A stretch of DNA of 64,000 nucleotides from Nostoc sp. DedSLP01 (lineage in GTDB: Bacteria > Cyanobacteriota > Cyanobacteriia > Cyanobacteriales > Nostocaceae). A program made the position numbers and the translations under genes. Below are positions 39,998 through 51,132 of this stretch, in pieces. The notes under the pieces were generated by a model that made no database searches, was not told where the DNA came from, and was given only the letters and a program-made list of their open reading frames with translations. The DNA lies in NCBI GenBank assembly GCA_034530875.2, contig JAVRCJ020000005.1, forward strand, positions 177,805 through 241,804, in the 5' to 3' direction. How positions within the stretch are numbered: position 1 is the first letter of the stretch; every line of letters starts with the position of its first letter.

Positions 39998-42202
39998 TTA
40001 AGCAAATTCGTAGCGATTTTTACCCAAACGTTTTGCACGGTACATTGCTGCATCTGCTTGTTTCATCAAAGTTTCACTGTCTTGGCTGTTGTATGGATAG
40101 ACACTAATGCCAATACTGGCAGAGACTCTGATTGCATATCCATCCAAAATAATTGGTCTGGTAATGCTGGTGAGAATTTTTTCAGCGACTTTAGCAGCTA
40201 CCTGTACATTGGGAATTGCTCGTAAAATCACAGTAAATTCATCGCCACCCAAGCGAGAAACCGTATCGCTAGCGCGTAAAGAGTTGCTCAGCCGCCCAGC
40301 AATAGTCATCAGCAGGCGATCGCCCATCTCATGCCCGAGAGTATCATTGACTTGTTTAAAGCCATCTAAATCAATAAACAGCAGTCCCAACAACAAGTTA
40401 TTGTGTTGCGCCCAGTGTAGGGACTCGTAAAGTTGTTCTGCAAAAAATTTGCGATTCGATAAACCAGTGAGGGGATCGTGATATGCCAAATAGCGCAAAT
40501 GGTCTTCTTTGAGTTTTAATTCATTGTTAGAGCGAAATAACTCAGCAGCAGTGCGCTTGAGTTCTTCCTCCATCAACTTCCGTTGAGTAATATCTCGAAT
40601 TACGCCAACTAAAAAGAAATTGCCAGCTGAGTCTTTGTGGAGCGATCGCTTAGTGGCAATTTGATGAGTTTGGCCATCTGCATCAGTAAATTCTTCTTCG
40701 TGTTCGTGGGGTTGCTGAGTCCGAAAAACTAGCTCATCTTGTTCTCGAAATACATCGGCTTCATGTTTAGGAAAAAAGTCATAATCTGACTTTTCAATTA
40801 ACACCTTATTCGGATAACCAATGAATCTACAATACGCCTCATTTAAAACAATCCACTGATGTTGTTCGTTTTTGACAAAAATTGGATCGGGGATCGTGTT
40901 AATGACGCGATGTAAAAACTCTTTCGAGCGTTTCCATTCTTCCTGTATATGGGCAATATGGCTGGTCATCCAAATAGCTGAAATTCCAAAAGTAAACAGC
41001 CCAGGAATCAGCGGTATCCACCAACCATATAAAAAAGCTACATACCCGCTAAAAGTTAATATAAAGCAAGAAACTACGATACTGAAGAAGCTTTTAGTTG
41101 CATCTCTTATCCGCCATGTCGTACTAGCTCCCACATAAGACCAGCCTAAAATCCACAAAAATTCTAGTAATTCAGACCAGGTTTTGAGTAACGGTCTTCT
41201 TTGGAGAGCAGATGAGATTAACTCACTAATAAAATAAGCTTGTAACTGAATCCCAGGCACAGGCTTTGCTGTACCCATGAGACTGCTAGAATAGGGAATA
41301 AAAACAAAATCTTGGAGGCTGGGTGCAGTAGAACCAATAAGTATAATCCGGTCTTTAATTAAATCTTCTGGGACTCGATTAGCGAGTACATCACTAATCG
41401 ATACCTGACGAAAATGAGAAAATTCTACAGATGGATTTTGAGGTTTAGGTTTGGGAAAATTAGACAAAATTTGGTAGCCTCTAGCATCAGCTCCAACATA
41501 AGCCCCATCATTAGATTTAAAACGAGTAAATACTGCCTTATTTAATTGCAAATATTCAGGGTTGCTTTTTGCTTTAGTCGGAGTAACGTTCTCTGACTTT
41601 AAATACAATAAAGCCAACTTGAGGGCAAAACTTTCGTGTACGCGATCGTCAACATGCCAATACAACAAACTGCGACGTACTTTTCCATCAGGATCGTACA
41701 GCACATTGTTAAACCCCACTTGATTTTGATTGAGTCCGAGTGGAGGTGAAACACTAAAGCTTTTGTTTTTCTCATTTGCCAGCAGTTCAATACCAATCAA
41801 GTTTGGCATTAACTGATAAACACTACGTAGTTCCCGATTACCAGGTTCTACTGGTAAATTTCGGTAGATATCCAAGCCAATAGCACGGGGTTTGTAGACA
41901 TTTAGTTTTTGCAGCAACTCGGCAATATTCCGATCTGGAATTGGCCACGAACGTACTTCGTCTAAATAGACTTCATCAATCACAACAATGGTGATGCGTT
42001 CTTCTGGCGGTTCATTTGGACGTAAGCGAAAAAATTGATCTAAACCTGCCAATTCTAAGGATTGTAATAATCCGATAGAGCGCAAGAAGAGCACGCAGAC
42101 TGCAACGCCAGCAGCAGTCATCAATTCTCTGTGTTCTCGACTAAGCGATTGTTTCAGCCCAAAGATGAAGCTGACAAAACGCTTGCCTAGCTGATGGTTC
42201 AT
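39998..42202 (-). CDS. CHASE2-TM-PAS-GGDEF diguanylate cyclase
   Basis: AIGLDIYR, DPDGKVRR, ILIGSTA CHASE2 motifs; PAS; HDPLTGLSNR, RLGGDEF. Confidence 0.92.
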   Translation of the reverse strand: MNHQLGKRFVSFIFGLKQSLSREHRELMTAAGVAVCVLFLRSIGLLQSLELAGLDQFFRLRPNEPPEERITIVVIDEVYLDEVRSWPIPDRNIAELLQKLNVYKPRAIGLDIYRNLPVEPGNRELRSVYQLMPNLIGIELLANEKNKSFSVSPPLGLNQNQVGFNNVLYDPDGKVRRSLLYWHVDDRVHESFALKLALLYLKSENVTPTKAKSNPEYLQLNKAVFTRFKSNDGAYVGADARGYQILSNFPKPKPQNPSVEFSHFRQVSISDVLANRVPEDLIKDRIILIGSTAPSLQDFVFIPYSSSLMGTAKPVPGIQLQAYFISELISSALQRRPLLKTWSELLEFLWILGWSYVGASTTWRIRDATKSFFSIVVSCFILTFSGYVAFLYGWWIPLIPGLFTFGISAIWMTSHIAHIQEEWKRSKEFLHRVINTIPDPIFVKNEQHQWIVLNEAYCRFIGYPNKVLIEKSDYDFFPKHEADVFREQDELVFRTQQPHEHEEEFTDADGQTHQIATKRSLHKDSAGNFFLVGVIRDITQRKLMEEELKRTAAELFRSNNELKLKEDHLRYLAYHDPLTGLSNRKFFAEQLYESLHWAQHNNLLLGLLFIDLDGFKQVNDTLGHEMGDRLLMTIAGRLSNSLRASDTVSRLGGDEFTVILRAIPNVQVAAKVAEKILTSITRPIILDGYAIRVSASIGISVYPYNSQDSETLMKQADAAMYRAKRLGKNRYEFA

Positions 42203-42756
42203 TCAGCCACTCCCAAAGTTCCGAAACTCGGCTTTCGATCCTCCTTCAGGAAAATATCCCAAGCATCTGGGGAATTTTCTTTGTATCTACACAAATATTG
42301 AGGAGGGCGATTTTCCTCAGGCGACTTGCATTTTTTCACTAATAACAAAAGCATATTGAGAGTAAGTTCAACAAACACACTTTCACGCTTGGCGCTGACA
42401 TAATTACACCCCAAGGTGAATTAAATATGCTGCAAAAATAAATCAAAGTACACATTCATCAGACTCACTATACTTAATCAACTTCCTTCAATTTTCACGG
42501 TATATACTTAAAAAAATACAAAATTTGATACAATGTATTTTCCGAAAAGAGAGGTATGCAAACTATTTCTTAAAGCTAGGTATCGAGCGTGTTTTACTTG
42601 CCGCTTCTGAATTCAGAATTGGGTGTGAAACAATACTTATTACCTAACACCAATATTACCAAAAACAAAAAAGTTAACCGGAAATAGACTTGCTGTCTTT
42701 ATCCAGTTAACTATGAGTCTAAAAGTCAACTTACCAAAAACGGTTTGTGTAGGGAA

Positions 42757-43746
42757 TTACTTGAAATATTTGAAGTTACGAGGGCCTGTGTAACCAGAAG
42801 CGTTTGCCAGTTCCTCTGGGTTTTGCACTCCACTATAGCTTTTCCCATTGATAATCCAAGTCGGGTAGCCTTCAATTTTTGCAGCTTGACACAGTTCTGG
42901 TTGAGCTTTGAGACCTGGAGGCACGCACTCGACCTTAACATTCTCGTTGAGTATTTGATAGGCTTCTTTGCCAAAGATCGTCTTTTGTTCGTGGCAGTGA
43001 GGACACCAAAAAGCAACGTATTCCTTAGCGCCTATCTTCAGCAGATGTCGTGCCAGGGCTATTTCCGCCTCACCAGAGGTAGTAGTGATTTCCCATCCAC
43101 CTATTGCCGGGTTAGGATCTCCCTTGCCATTAAAAGTAATTTTTACAGGTTGTCCGGGAGTTCCAGGTGTGACTTCTGATGAGTTTACACCAGCATAAAT
43201 ACCTAAAGTACCAATCAGCGTTACCATCCCAACAATAATGGCGGTGAAAAAGATTTGCCCGAGATCCTCCCAGTTACGACCGATAATTGTCAGTACCAAA
43301 AGACTGACAGAGAACAAAGCAGAGCCGATACAGTAAGGACAAACGGCCTTGATTTGGAATGCCAGCAGGTACATTAAGTAGCCGCTGAACACAGACATAG
43401 CGATCGCACTCACTAAGAGTAGCCACCAGGTCAAATTTTCCAGTTGGTTGCGACTATTATTATTCTCCCCTGAGTTCAATACCAAGGGAGCTAAAGCTAA
43501 TATCACCATACTGGTGTATGCCAAAAACCCAAACAAAGCTAATGGCTGGCCAAAAATTGTTGCCCAAGGGCTGGAAAGCACATCATTGCAGCCTTTGACG
43601 CCAGCCTGTGCCACACAAGCTGCACTGCCTCCTGTTAACTTTTCTATGGTGAGATAACCTGTTGTCAAGGCACCACATCCAGCGATCGCGGCAATCAATG
43701 GACGCGACCATCTATGAATCCAAGGAGTAGAACGACGGCGAATCAT
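42757..43746 (-). CDS. VKOR-thioredoxin fusion (disulfide bond formation)
   Basis: GCNDVLSS, CPYC, WCPHC, EGYPTW. Confidence 0.92.
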   Translation of the reverse strand: MIRRRSTPWIHRWSRPLIAAIAGCGALTTGYLTIEKLTGGSAACVAQAGVKGCNDVLSSPWATIFGQPLALFGFLAYTSMVILALAPLVLNSGENNNSRNQLENLTWWLLLVSAIAMSVFSGYLMYLLAFQIKAVCPYCIGSALFSVSLLVLTIIGRNWEDLGQIFFTAIIVGMVTLIGTLGIYAGVNSSEVTPGTPGQPVKITFNGKGDPNPAIGGWEITTTSGEAEIALARHLLKIGAKEYVAFWCPHCHEQKTIFGKEAYQILNENVKVECVPPGLKAQPELCQAAKIEGYPTWIINGKSYSGVQNPEELANASGYTGPRNFKYFK

Positions 43747-43752
43747 AAATAT

Positions 43753-43917
43753 TGGGGAATGGGGAATGGGGAATGGGGAATGGGGAATGGAGAATGGGGC
43801 ATGGGGAATGGGGCATGGGGAATGGGTGCTAGAAAGTAATTGTAAATATTTAGTTCCTAGTCCCCAGTCACCAGTCCCTAGTCCCTAATCCCCATTCCCT
43901 ACTCCCTACTCCCCACT
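43753..43917. repeat. STRR arrays (GGGAATG)n and (CCCTAGT/CCCTACT)n
   Basis: About 10 tandem heptamers followed by a C-rich array. Confidence 0.85.
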
Positions 43918-43918
43918 C

Positions 43919-44767
43919 CTAAGAATGTAATTTCACTTGTCCTGCTGACTTGCTTTCACTTTTAGAGTTCCAACTGCGACGTGCGGCTTCCACAAATTGA
44001 CTGACGCGAATCGGGTCAATTGGTTGGTCTATCCGTCCGTGACGTTTCAAGGAACTGGAGACTATGACACCATCTGCTGCTTGCATCAGGGTATCAATAT
44101 TTTCCCAATTTGCTCCACTACCAATAAAAACAGGCACTCCAGCTGCGGCACCGCAAGCTAATTCCAAATCTTCTAAGTTAGGAGGGCTACCAGTAGCCCA
44201 ACCAGACAAAATTACCCCGTCTGCTAAACCTCTTTCGATGGTGTCTTTTACGGCGACTGTGAGATTTGGAGAACTCAAAGGACGGGCGTGTTTTACCAAC
44301 ACATCGGCTAGGATTTTAACATCGCTGCCTAACTCCCGTCGATAGCGCAGTAATTGATGGGCTTCTCCTTCAATTAATCCCTGGTCGGTTGCCATCACGC
44401 CTGTGAGGACGTTGACGCGGATAAATTGTGCTTGGACGCAGCTAGCGATCGCCAATGCACTTTTGGCGTCGTTTCGCAACACATTTAACCCTATTGGCAA
44501 TGTCACTAAGTTCTGTATCCGCTGTACCACAATGGTCATGGCACTCACAACCACTGGATCTACTTGGTTTTTAGTAAACGGCGCATCGAAAAAATTCTCT
44601 ACAATTATGCCGTCAACCCCTCCACTTGCCAAGGCTACGGCTTCTTGTTCGGCGCGGTCAATTACCGCTTTTAGGCTACCTCCCCAACGAGGTGAGGTTG
44701 GCAGTGGTAAAAGGTGAACCACGCCAATAATCGGTGAGCGAGTTTTAAATAGCTGATATAAGTCCAC
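43919..44767 (-). CDS. btpA: Photosystem I biogenesis protein BtpA
   Basis: IGVVHLLPLP, ENFFDAPF, NVLRND, ADVLVKH, SGWATG. Confidence 0.92.
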   Translation of the reverse strand: MDLYQLFKTRSPIIGVVHLLPLPTSPRWGGSLKAVIDRAEQEAVALASGGVDGIIVENFFDAPFTKNQVDPVVVSAMTIVVQRIQNLVTLPIGLNVLRNDAKSALAIASCVQAQFIRVNVLTGVMATDQGLIEGEAHQLLRYRRELGSDVKILADVLVKHARPLSSPNLTVAVKDTIERGLADGVILSGWATGSPPNLEDLELACGAAAGVPVFIGSGANWENIDTLMQAADGVIVSSSLKRHGRIDQPIDPIRVSQFVEAARRSWNSKSESKSAGQVKLHS

Positions 44768-45089
44768 GTCTTTAATTCTTGCGAGGGATTAGGGATTAGA
44801 ACTAGAGGCTAGTACCACAAGACCCAAATATACCTACAATTCAAAATACCTGAAAAGCTTGACTCATCAGCTTTTTTAATTTTGAATAATTTTGCACTCT
44901 CCACTCCTAATACCCCATTCCCTTCATATAACCTTGCGGCATCGGAAAAAAAACAAGTTTTTAGATTCACAAATTTAAATGAAAAACTTGTTACAACCTG
45001 TGTTTTTGTCCCTTTTTAAACTTGGTCGGTTACCCGCTTCCTTCCAGAGATGGAAATTGGCGTGAAACATGTCATAAGATATGTTAAGA

Positions 45090-45300
45090 TAAAACCTGGC
45101 TACAAGAGGAGTTTGCCACTCACAACACGCGAGGCAGCTTTCCGTGGTTTGGACGTCTCGTCCGCGCACAGTCGTAGGATCGGCCAATCGTTAGGTTAGC
45201 ATTACTGCTTTATGGGCGTAGTCGCGAAGGCGATTTCCCTGAGGGTAGCGACTTCTCACAACAAGCCCTTTGGGCGGCTTCCCGATGGGTAGATTAACAA
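45090..45300 (+). ncRNA. Candidate structured leader RNA / sRNA upstream of rimO
   Basis: GC-rich island in an AT-rich spacer with several stems; family not recognised. Confidence 0.35.
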
Positions 45301-45598
45301 CGCACACGCTATGGTAATGTAAAATACCAATAGGCGAATTGTTAAAGAACATTACAAGTGTCAAATGTACCCAAAGACACTTCAATTTACCCTGGGGAAC
45401 AGATTGATAGGAATATCATAACATGGCCTCTATTTTTATTCTTGATAGGGGTGGAGTTTAGCGGGCATTTGCTGACAATGGAAATTTGCCATTGTTAATG
45501 TTCTCATGACGAAGCCGATAGCAAAAACAAGCAAAGCAAAGTTAGTTAGCGCTGGAATGATTTGATTACAAGAAAAAAATTGAAGATTTTTTCAAAAT

Positions 45599-46918
45599 AT
45601 GGGTGACAAGCCAACAATTGCCATTTCTCACTTGGGCTGCGAGAAAAATCGAATAGATACAGAACACATGTTGGGAATGCTGGTAGAAGCAGGCTATGGT
45701 GTAGATACAAATGAAGAGTTAGCAGATTACGTTATTGTTAATACCTGTAGTTTTATTGAAGCAGCAAGACAAGAATCTGTCAGAACTTTAGTAGAGCTGG
45801 CAGAGGCAAACAAAAGAATCGTAATTACTGGCTGTATGGCGCAACATTTCCAAGAACAACTTTTGGAGGAGTTGCCGGAAGCAGTAGCGGTAGTAGGTAC
45901 AGGCGATTATCACAAAATTGTAAATGTAATTGAGCGTGTAGAACAAGGCGAACGCGTTAAACAGGTTAGTATCGAACCAACTTATATAGCTGACGAGACT
46001 ACACCACGCTATCGCACTACAACAGAGGGCGTAGCTTACCTCAGGATTGCCGAAGGATGTGATTATCGTTGTGCGTTTTGTATAATTCCTCATTTAAGAG
46101 GTAACCAGCGATCGCGTACTATAGAATCAATAGTTGCTGAAGCCGAGCAGTTAGTTAGTCAAGGAGTACAGGAAATTATTTTAATTTCCCAAATCACGAC
46201 TAATTACGGTATGGATATTTATGGTCAGCCAAAGTTAGCCGAATTACTCCTAGCTCTGGGGAATGTAAACGTACCGTGGATTAGAATGCACTATGCTTAT
46301 CCCACGGGTTTAACAAAAGATGTCATAGCGGCAATCAAAGAAACACCCAACGTCTTACCTTATCTCGATTTGCCCTTGCAACATTCTCATCCAGAGATTC
46401 TGCGCGCCATGAATCGTCCCTCGCAGGGGCGTGTAAATGATGGGATTATAGAGCGCATCAAAACGGCGCTACCAACAGCCGTGTTGCGGACAACATTTAT
46501 TGTTGGTTTCCCAGGAGAAACAAGCGAACATTTTGAGCATCTACTAGAGTTCGTAGAACGCCATGAATTTGACCATGTTGGGGTGTTTACGTTTTCACCG
46601 GAAGAAGGAACCCCAGCTTATAATCTGCCAAATCAGTTATCTCAAGAAGTGATGGACGAGCGCCGAGATCGACTGATGGAACTCCAACAACCGATTTCCC
46701 TAAAGAAAAATCAACAGGAAGTAGGCAAAATCGTCGATGTCCTGATTGAGCAAGAAAATCCTGAAAGTGGTGAATTAATCGGTCGTTCAGGTAGATTTTC
46801 CCCAGAGGTGGATGGTCTAGTCTATGTCCAAGGACAAGCAAAGTTAGGAACCATCGTCCCAGTAGCGATTCACCACGCTGATGCTTACGACCTATACGGT
46901 CAAGTTGTCAATAACTAA
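45599..46918 (+). CDS. rimO: Ribosomal protein S12 methylthiotransferase
   Basis: [23 protein letters not shown]-terminal TRAM domain. Confidence 0.96.
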   Translation: MGDKPTIAISHLGCEKNRIDTEHMLGMLVEAGYGVDTNEELADYVIVNTCSFIEAARQESVRTLVELAEANKRIVITGCMAQHFQEQLLEELPEAVAVVGTGDYHKIVNVIERVEQGERVKQVSIEPTYIADETTPRYRTTTEGVAYLRIAEGCDYRCAFCIIPHLRGNQRSRTIESIVAEAEQLVSQGVQEIILISQITTNYGMDIYGQPKLAELLLALGNVNVPWIRMHYAYPTGLTKDVIAAIKETPNVLPYLDLPLQHSHPEILRAMNRPSQGRVNDGIIERIKTALPTAVLRTTFIVGFPGETSEHFEHLLEFVERHEFDHVGVFTFSPEEGTPAYNLPNQLSQEVMDERRDRLMELQQPISLKKNQQEVGKIVDVLIEQENPESGELIGRSGRFSPEVDGLVYVQGQAKLGTIVPVAIHHADAYDLYGQVVNN

Positions 46919-46958
46919 TTAGTCATTAGTCATTAGTCATTAGTCATTAGTCATTAGT
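46918..46958. repeat. STRR (TTAGTCA)n
   Basis: Tandem heptamers. Confidence 0.8.
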
Positions 46959-47039
46959 GAATAACCAATGCCCCATGCCCAATGCCCTGTTTGGCCAATG
47001 ACCAATCGAAAAATCCTTAGATAAAATTTAGGAGAATTG

Positions 47040-48578
47040 ATGAATCTTTCGTTTCAAGAATTAGGTATTTCCCAGGAACGCGTCGAGCAATTAGAAAAAA
47101 TTGGCTTTACCACACCTACTAGTATTCAAGCCCAAGCAATTCCCCAATTATTGGCGGGTCGCGATGTAGTAGGTCAGTCCCAAACCGGGACGGGAAAAAC
47201 CGCAGCATTTTCACTGCCAATTTTAGAACGGCTGGATGTAAATCAAAAAGCTGTACAAGCATTGGTTTTAACGCCAACTCGTGAATTAGCGATGCAAGTT
47301 CACGATGCGATCGCTCAATTTATCGGCAATGACGGATTGCGCGTGTTAGCAATCTACGGCGGCCAATCTATCGAACGGCAAATGTTACAGCTCAAGCGTG
47401 GCGTTCATATCGTTGTCGGCACACCAGGACGAGTAATAGATTTACTCGATCGCGGCTGTTTGAAACTCGACCAAGTAAAATGGTTTGTTTTAGATGAAGC
47501 CGATGAAATGTTGAGCATGGGCTTTATTGACGATGTAATAAAAATCCTCTCCCAAGCACCTACAGATCGCCAAACAGCTTTATTTTCGGCGACAATGCCA
47601 CCGTCGATTCGTTCTTTGGTGAACAAGTTTTTGCGCTCCCCTGCGACAGTTACAGTCGAGCAACCAAAAGCCGCACCCAACAAAATCAATCAGGTAGCTT
47701 ACCTAATCCCCCGCCACTGGACAAAAGCCAAAGCTTTACAGCCAATTCTGGAAATGGAAGATCCAGAAACAGCTTTAATCTTTGTTCGCACCAGACGCAC
47801 CGCCGCCGAACTCACCAATCAGCTGCAAGCTGCCGGACATAGTGTCGATGAATACCACGGTGACTTGTCCCAACAAGCACGGGAGCGTTTATTAAGCCGC
47901 TTCCGGAATCGTCAAGTACGCTGGGTGGTAGCAACTGATATTGCGGCACGCGGATTAGATGTCGATCAACTCTCTCATGTGATCAACTACGACTTACCTG
48001 ATAGCGTAGAAACCTACGTTCACCGCATTGGTCGTACTGGTCGTGCTGGTAAAGAAGGAACCGCAATTTCTTTAGTACAACCATTTGAACGGCGCAAGCA
48101 GCAAACATTTGAACGCCATAACCGCCAAGCTTGGCAAGTGTTGTCAATTCCCACACGGGCACAAATTGAAGCGCGGCACATCTTGAAATTACAAGAGCAA
48201 GTGCGCGAAGCTTTAGCTGGCGAACGTTTGGCTTCATTTTTACCGATCGTCAGCGAATTAATTGAAAAATATGACGCTCAGGCGATCGCTGCTGCGGCAT
48301 TGCAAATCGCTTACGACCAAACTCGTCCTGCTTGGTTGCAATCCGACGTAGAAATTCCCCAAGAGGAACCAGCCACTCCCAAACCCAGACTCGCCAACGG
48401 CAAGCGCCGGGATTCTTCTAGCGATCGTCCCCGTACTAGCTGGAAATCAGATAACAGCGCTGGTGAAGAAGAAAGAAGCGGTACTCCCAAGCCCAAACTG
48501 CGGACAAGCCGTCGGGATGCTTCTGTGTCACCCACTCCCAAGTTAGGTTCGCCTACAGCTAGAGAATCTGCTTCATAG
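47040..48578 (+). CDS. crhR: DEAD-box RNA helicase (CrhR-type, downstream of rimO)
   Basis: QTGTGKT, PTRELA, DEAD, SAT, ARGLD, HRIGRTGR. Confidence 0.9.
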   Translation: MNLSFQELGISQERVEQLEKIGFTTPTSIQAQAIPQLLAGRDVVGQSQTGTGKTAAFSLPILERLDVNQKAVQALVLTPTRELAMQVHDAIAQFIGNDGLRVLAIYGGQSIERQMLQLKRGVHIVVGTPGRVIDLLDRGCLKLDQVKWFVLDEADEMLSMGFIDDVIKILSQAPTDRQTALFSATMPPSIRSLVNKFLRSPATVTVEQPKAAPNKINQVAYLIPRHWTKAKALQPILEMEDPETALIFVRTRRTAAELTNQLQAAGHSVDEYHGDLSQQARERLLSRFRNRQVRWVVATDIAARGLDVDQLSHVINYDLPDSVETYVHRIGRTGRAGKEGTAISLVQPFERRKQQTFERHNRQAWQVLSIPTRAQIEARHILKLQEQVREALAGERLASFLPIVSELIEKYDAQAIAAAALQIAYDQTRPAWLQSDVEIPQEEPATPKPRLANGKRRDSSSDRPRTSWKSDNSAGEEERSGTPKPKLRTSRRDASVSPTPKLGSPTARESAS

Positions 48579-48785
48579 TTAGAAGTTAATGAATTTTGGA
48601 TTTGAGATTTCTAATTTTTACTTCAATCCAAAATTCCAAATTCAAAATCTAAAAATTGAGAGAGTTAAGAGTTGAGAGTTAGGAGTTAAGATTTTGACTT
48701 TGGACTCTTGACTTTTTGATTTTTTAGGTAATTTATTCTACAACTTTGTAGCAAGATAAATTAAAGATGCATTCTTCGTGGTTTT

Positions 48786-49364
48786 ATGTTCGGTATTCCA
48801 GACTTAGAGCAACTACAAGCAGAGCATCCAGAATGGCAAATGGAGCTGGTAGATGGAAATATAGTTGTTATGGGGCCATCAGATTATGAGTCAGAAGAAA
48901 TAAGTATAGAGTTTGCGCGACAGCTAGGTAATTGGGTGCGTCCACAAAGGTTAGGACGGGTAACTGGTTCCAACGCTGGTTTTATTTTGCCTACCTTAGA
49001 AACGGAAAACGGCAAAGAAGCTGATAACGAAAAACGAAATCTCCGCGCTCCCGATGTGTCTTTTGTTCGTGCAGACCGGCTTAAAATTAGCAAGCGCGAC
49101 TTTGTGGAACTCGTGCCTGACTTGATGGTAGAAATAAAATCCAAGTCAGACCGGATTAAACCATTGGTAGAAAAGATTCAACTATTTTTACAATTGGGAT
49201 CTAAAGTTGGTATTCTCATCGATCCTGATAAATTGACGGTCACAGTTTATCGCCTCAACCAAGAACCGATAGTTTTGCAAGACAACGACAAACTGACACT
49301 ACCAGATTTATTACCAGGTTGGGAACTAGTAGTGTCAGAAATTTGGCCTCTGGTGTTTGAGTAG
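48786..49364 (+). CDS. Uma2-family PD-(D/E)XK endonuclease
   Basis: ELVDG, RAPDVSF, PDLMVEIKS, LLPGW. Confidence 0.9.
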   Translation: MFGIPDLEQLQAEHPEWQMELVDGNIVVMGPSDYESEEISIEFARQLGNWVRPQRLGRVTGSNAGFILPTLETENGKEADNEKRNLRAPDVSFVRADRLKISKRDFVELVPDLMVEIKSKSDRIKPLVEKIQLFLQLGSKVGILIDPDKLTVTVYRLNQEPIVLQDNDKLTLPDLLPGWELVVSEIWPLVFE

Positions 49365-49391
49365 AGAGACGTTGCAATGCAACGTCTCTAC
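49364..49391. repeat. Palindromic small dispersed repeat / bidirectional terminator
   Basis: AGAGACGTTGCA-A-TGCAACGTCTCT between convergent genes. Confidence 0.7.
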
Positions 49392-50335
49392 AGCCAAGGA
49401 CGGCTAACTTTTTCTAACTCTTGAATTTCATCTTCGTTCAATCTCCAACCCAAAGCGCCAGCATTTTGGCGTACATGTTCGGCTGTCTTCACGCCAGCAA
49501 TGGGAATGACGTTACCCTGACAAATTAACCAATTGAGAGCAACTTGGGCGGGGGTGCGATCGTATTTTTCTCCCAAACTGCATAGCAAAGATATTACTGG
49601 GGCAATTTTTTGTAAGCCTTGTTTACTAAATCGCGGATCTATTTTTCTCGCACCAGTGGGAGTTTCGGCACTATCAATAGTGTATTTGCCTGTGAGTAAT
49701 CCCTGAGCTAAAGGGCTATAAGCCAACAGAGTCACACCCAATTCACGCGCAGTTGCTACAATACCCTTACTTTCTATTTGGCGAGTCAGTAAAGAATAAC
49801 GTACTTGGTTCACAGCCAAAGGCACTCCACGGTCTGCCAATATTTGATGCGCGTCTCGCATTTGCTCTGCTGAGTAATTACTCACGCCGATCGCGCCAAT
49901 TCTACCCCGTTTGACTTCATCGGCTAAAGCATTCATCAGAGTTTTTTGGCTTAAAAAGAAAGCAAAAGGCCAATGCACTTGGTAGAGAGCGATTTGGTCT
50001 ACTTGTAGGCGTTTGAGACTTTGTGTTAAAGCATCAGAAACAGATTGACCTGTAAATCGCCACGGTAGAGGGCCAAATTTTGTGGCGATTTGCACGGGTT
50101 GTTGCGTCTGTTGCATAAATTGCCCCAAAAATTTCTCTGATAATCCCATTCCGTAGATTTCCGCAGTGTCGAAGAAGTTAACACCAGCTTGTAGTGCTGC
50201 GGTGAACGCTTCTTGTAACTGTTCCAGGCCGTAGTCATTGCCATAATTCCAAAAGAGTTTATCACCCCAAGCCCAAGTGCCTATGCACAAAGGTGTAACA
50301 ACTGGGCCGTTTTGCCCCAAAGTAATGGTTTCCAC
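49388..50335 (-). CDS. Aldo/keto reductase
   Basis: GTWAWG, FDTAEIYG, IATKF, YQVHWP, GVSN, AYSPLAQG. Confidence 0.93.
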   Translation of the reverse strand: METITLGQNGPVVTPLCIGTWAWGDKLFWNYGNDYGLEQLQEAFTAALQAGVNFFDTAEIYGMGLSEKFLGQFMQQTQQPVQIATKFGPLPWRFTGQSVSDALTQSLKRLQVDQIALYQVHWPFAFFLSQKTLMNALADEVKRGRIGAIGVSNYSAEQMRDAHQILADRGVPLAVNQVRYSLLTRQIESKGIVATARELGVTLLAYSPLAQGLLTGKYTIDSAETPTGARKIDPRFSKQGLQKIAPVISLLCSLGEKYDRTPAQVALNWLICQGNVIPIAGVKTAEHVRQNAGALGWRLNEDEIQELEKVSRPWL

Positions 50336-50678
50336 GGTTGCAAAATTTAATTTATTTACATTTCTTTACTTTTTTAGTGTAGCGTTAGAGGCGAGATTGG
50401 GTATGGGCGTTGGTATTTAGAAAGACCCTAAATCTAAATGATTTTGACAATAGCGATCGCCATTACTTCGCTGAACTCTGATTGTGCGATCGCAGCTTGC
50501 ATAAAGATTTACAAATTAAACTTGACAACATACTATTCTCAAAAATTAGGGAGCTTATTAGCTTCTCTTTTATACCAGTTCCCAATTACATGAGGTACAC
50601 CCTAGCCCCGGGTTTCAATGAGATGTACCTCACGAAAACGAGAAGCGCTATATGATATTTGAGCGTATTTACTTGTAT

Positions 50679-50903
50679 TTATGAATTAGATGATTTCTCC
50701 TGCTTGGGTTTTTTCATTAATTCCATGTAGATATTAATTTCATTAACTTCTATATCATGCTCAACTCTGGTTACTTTCCATTTCTCCTTTTTTAGGTAAA
50801 CTTCCTCTCCTATTCTGGGAGTAAATTGGAGATCGTAGAACTTTTTGAGAAAATCTTTTTGGTTTTCTTCCCATAATATTACTTTGGTTACTTCTCTACT
50901 CAT
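50679..50903 (-). CDS. Small hypothetical protein
   Basis: PRIGEEVYL..WKVTRVEH pattern; start uncertain. Confidence 0.6.
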   Translation of the reverse strand: MSREVTKVILWEENQKDFLKKFYDLQFTPRIGEEVYLKKEKWKVTRVEHDIEVNEINIYMELMKKPKQEKSSNS

Positions 50904-51132
50904 AGGTTCTGCCTTTTTGTTGCTAAATGAAAGCCAGTAGTTTGAGGACATACATAAGGCAAGTTTATCTTACTAATTCAATGGAATAGCGTAGTTAAAA
51001 CCACATTATTCATATTGATATCTTTCTTTGGGTTGATTCAGTACGATAAAGTTACAACCAAATACCGTAGCTCTACTAGAGCGATCGCTATTTTTAGCTA
51101 GTCCCTATTTCATGTTGCCATGCTCGTTGTTA

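Noticed and set aside
43753..43917. Heptamer arrays (here and elsewhere) as CRISPR or telomere-like elements
   Set aside because: Ordinary STRR repeats of heterocystous cyanobacteria
44975..45385. Two short minus-strand ORFs in the btpA-rimO spacer
   Set aside because: No recognisable protein features; better explained as non-coding structure
50571..50652. Imperfect inverted repeat (TGAGGTACA..TGTACCTCA), possible MITE
   Set aside because: Too degenerate to call without other copies
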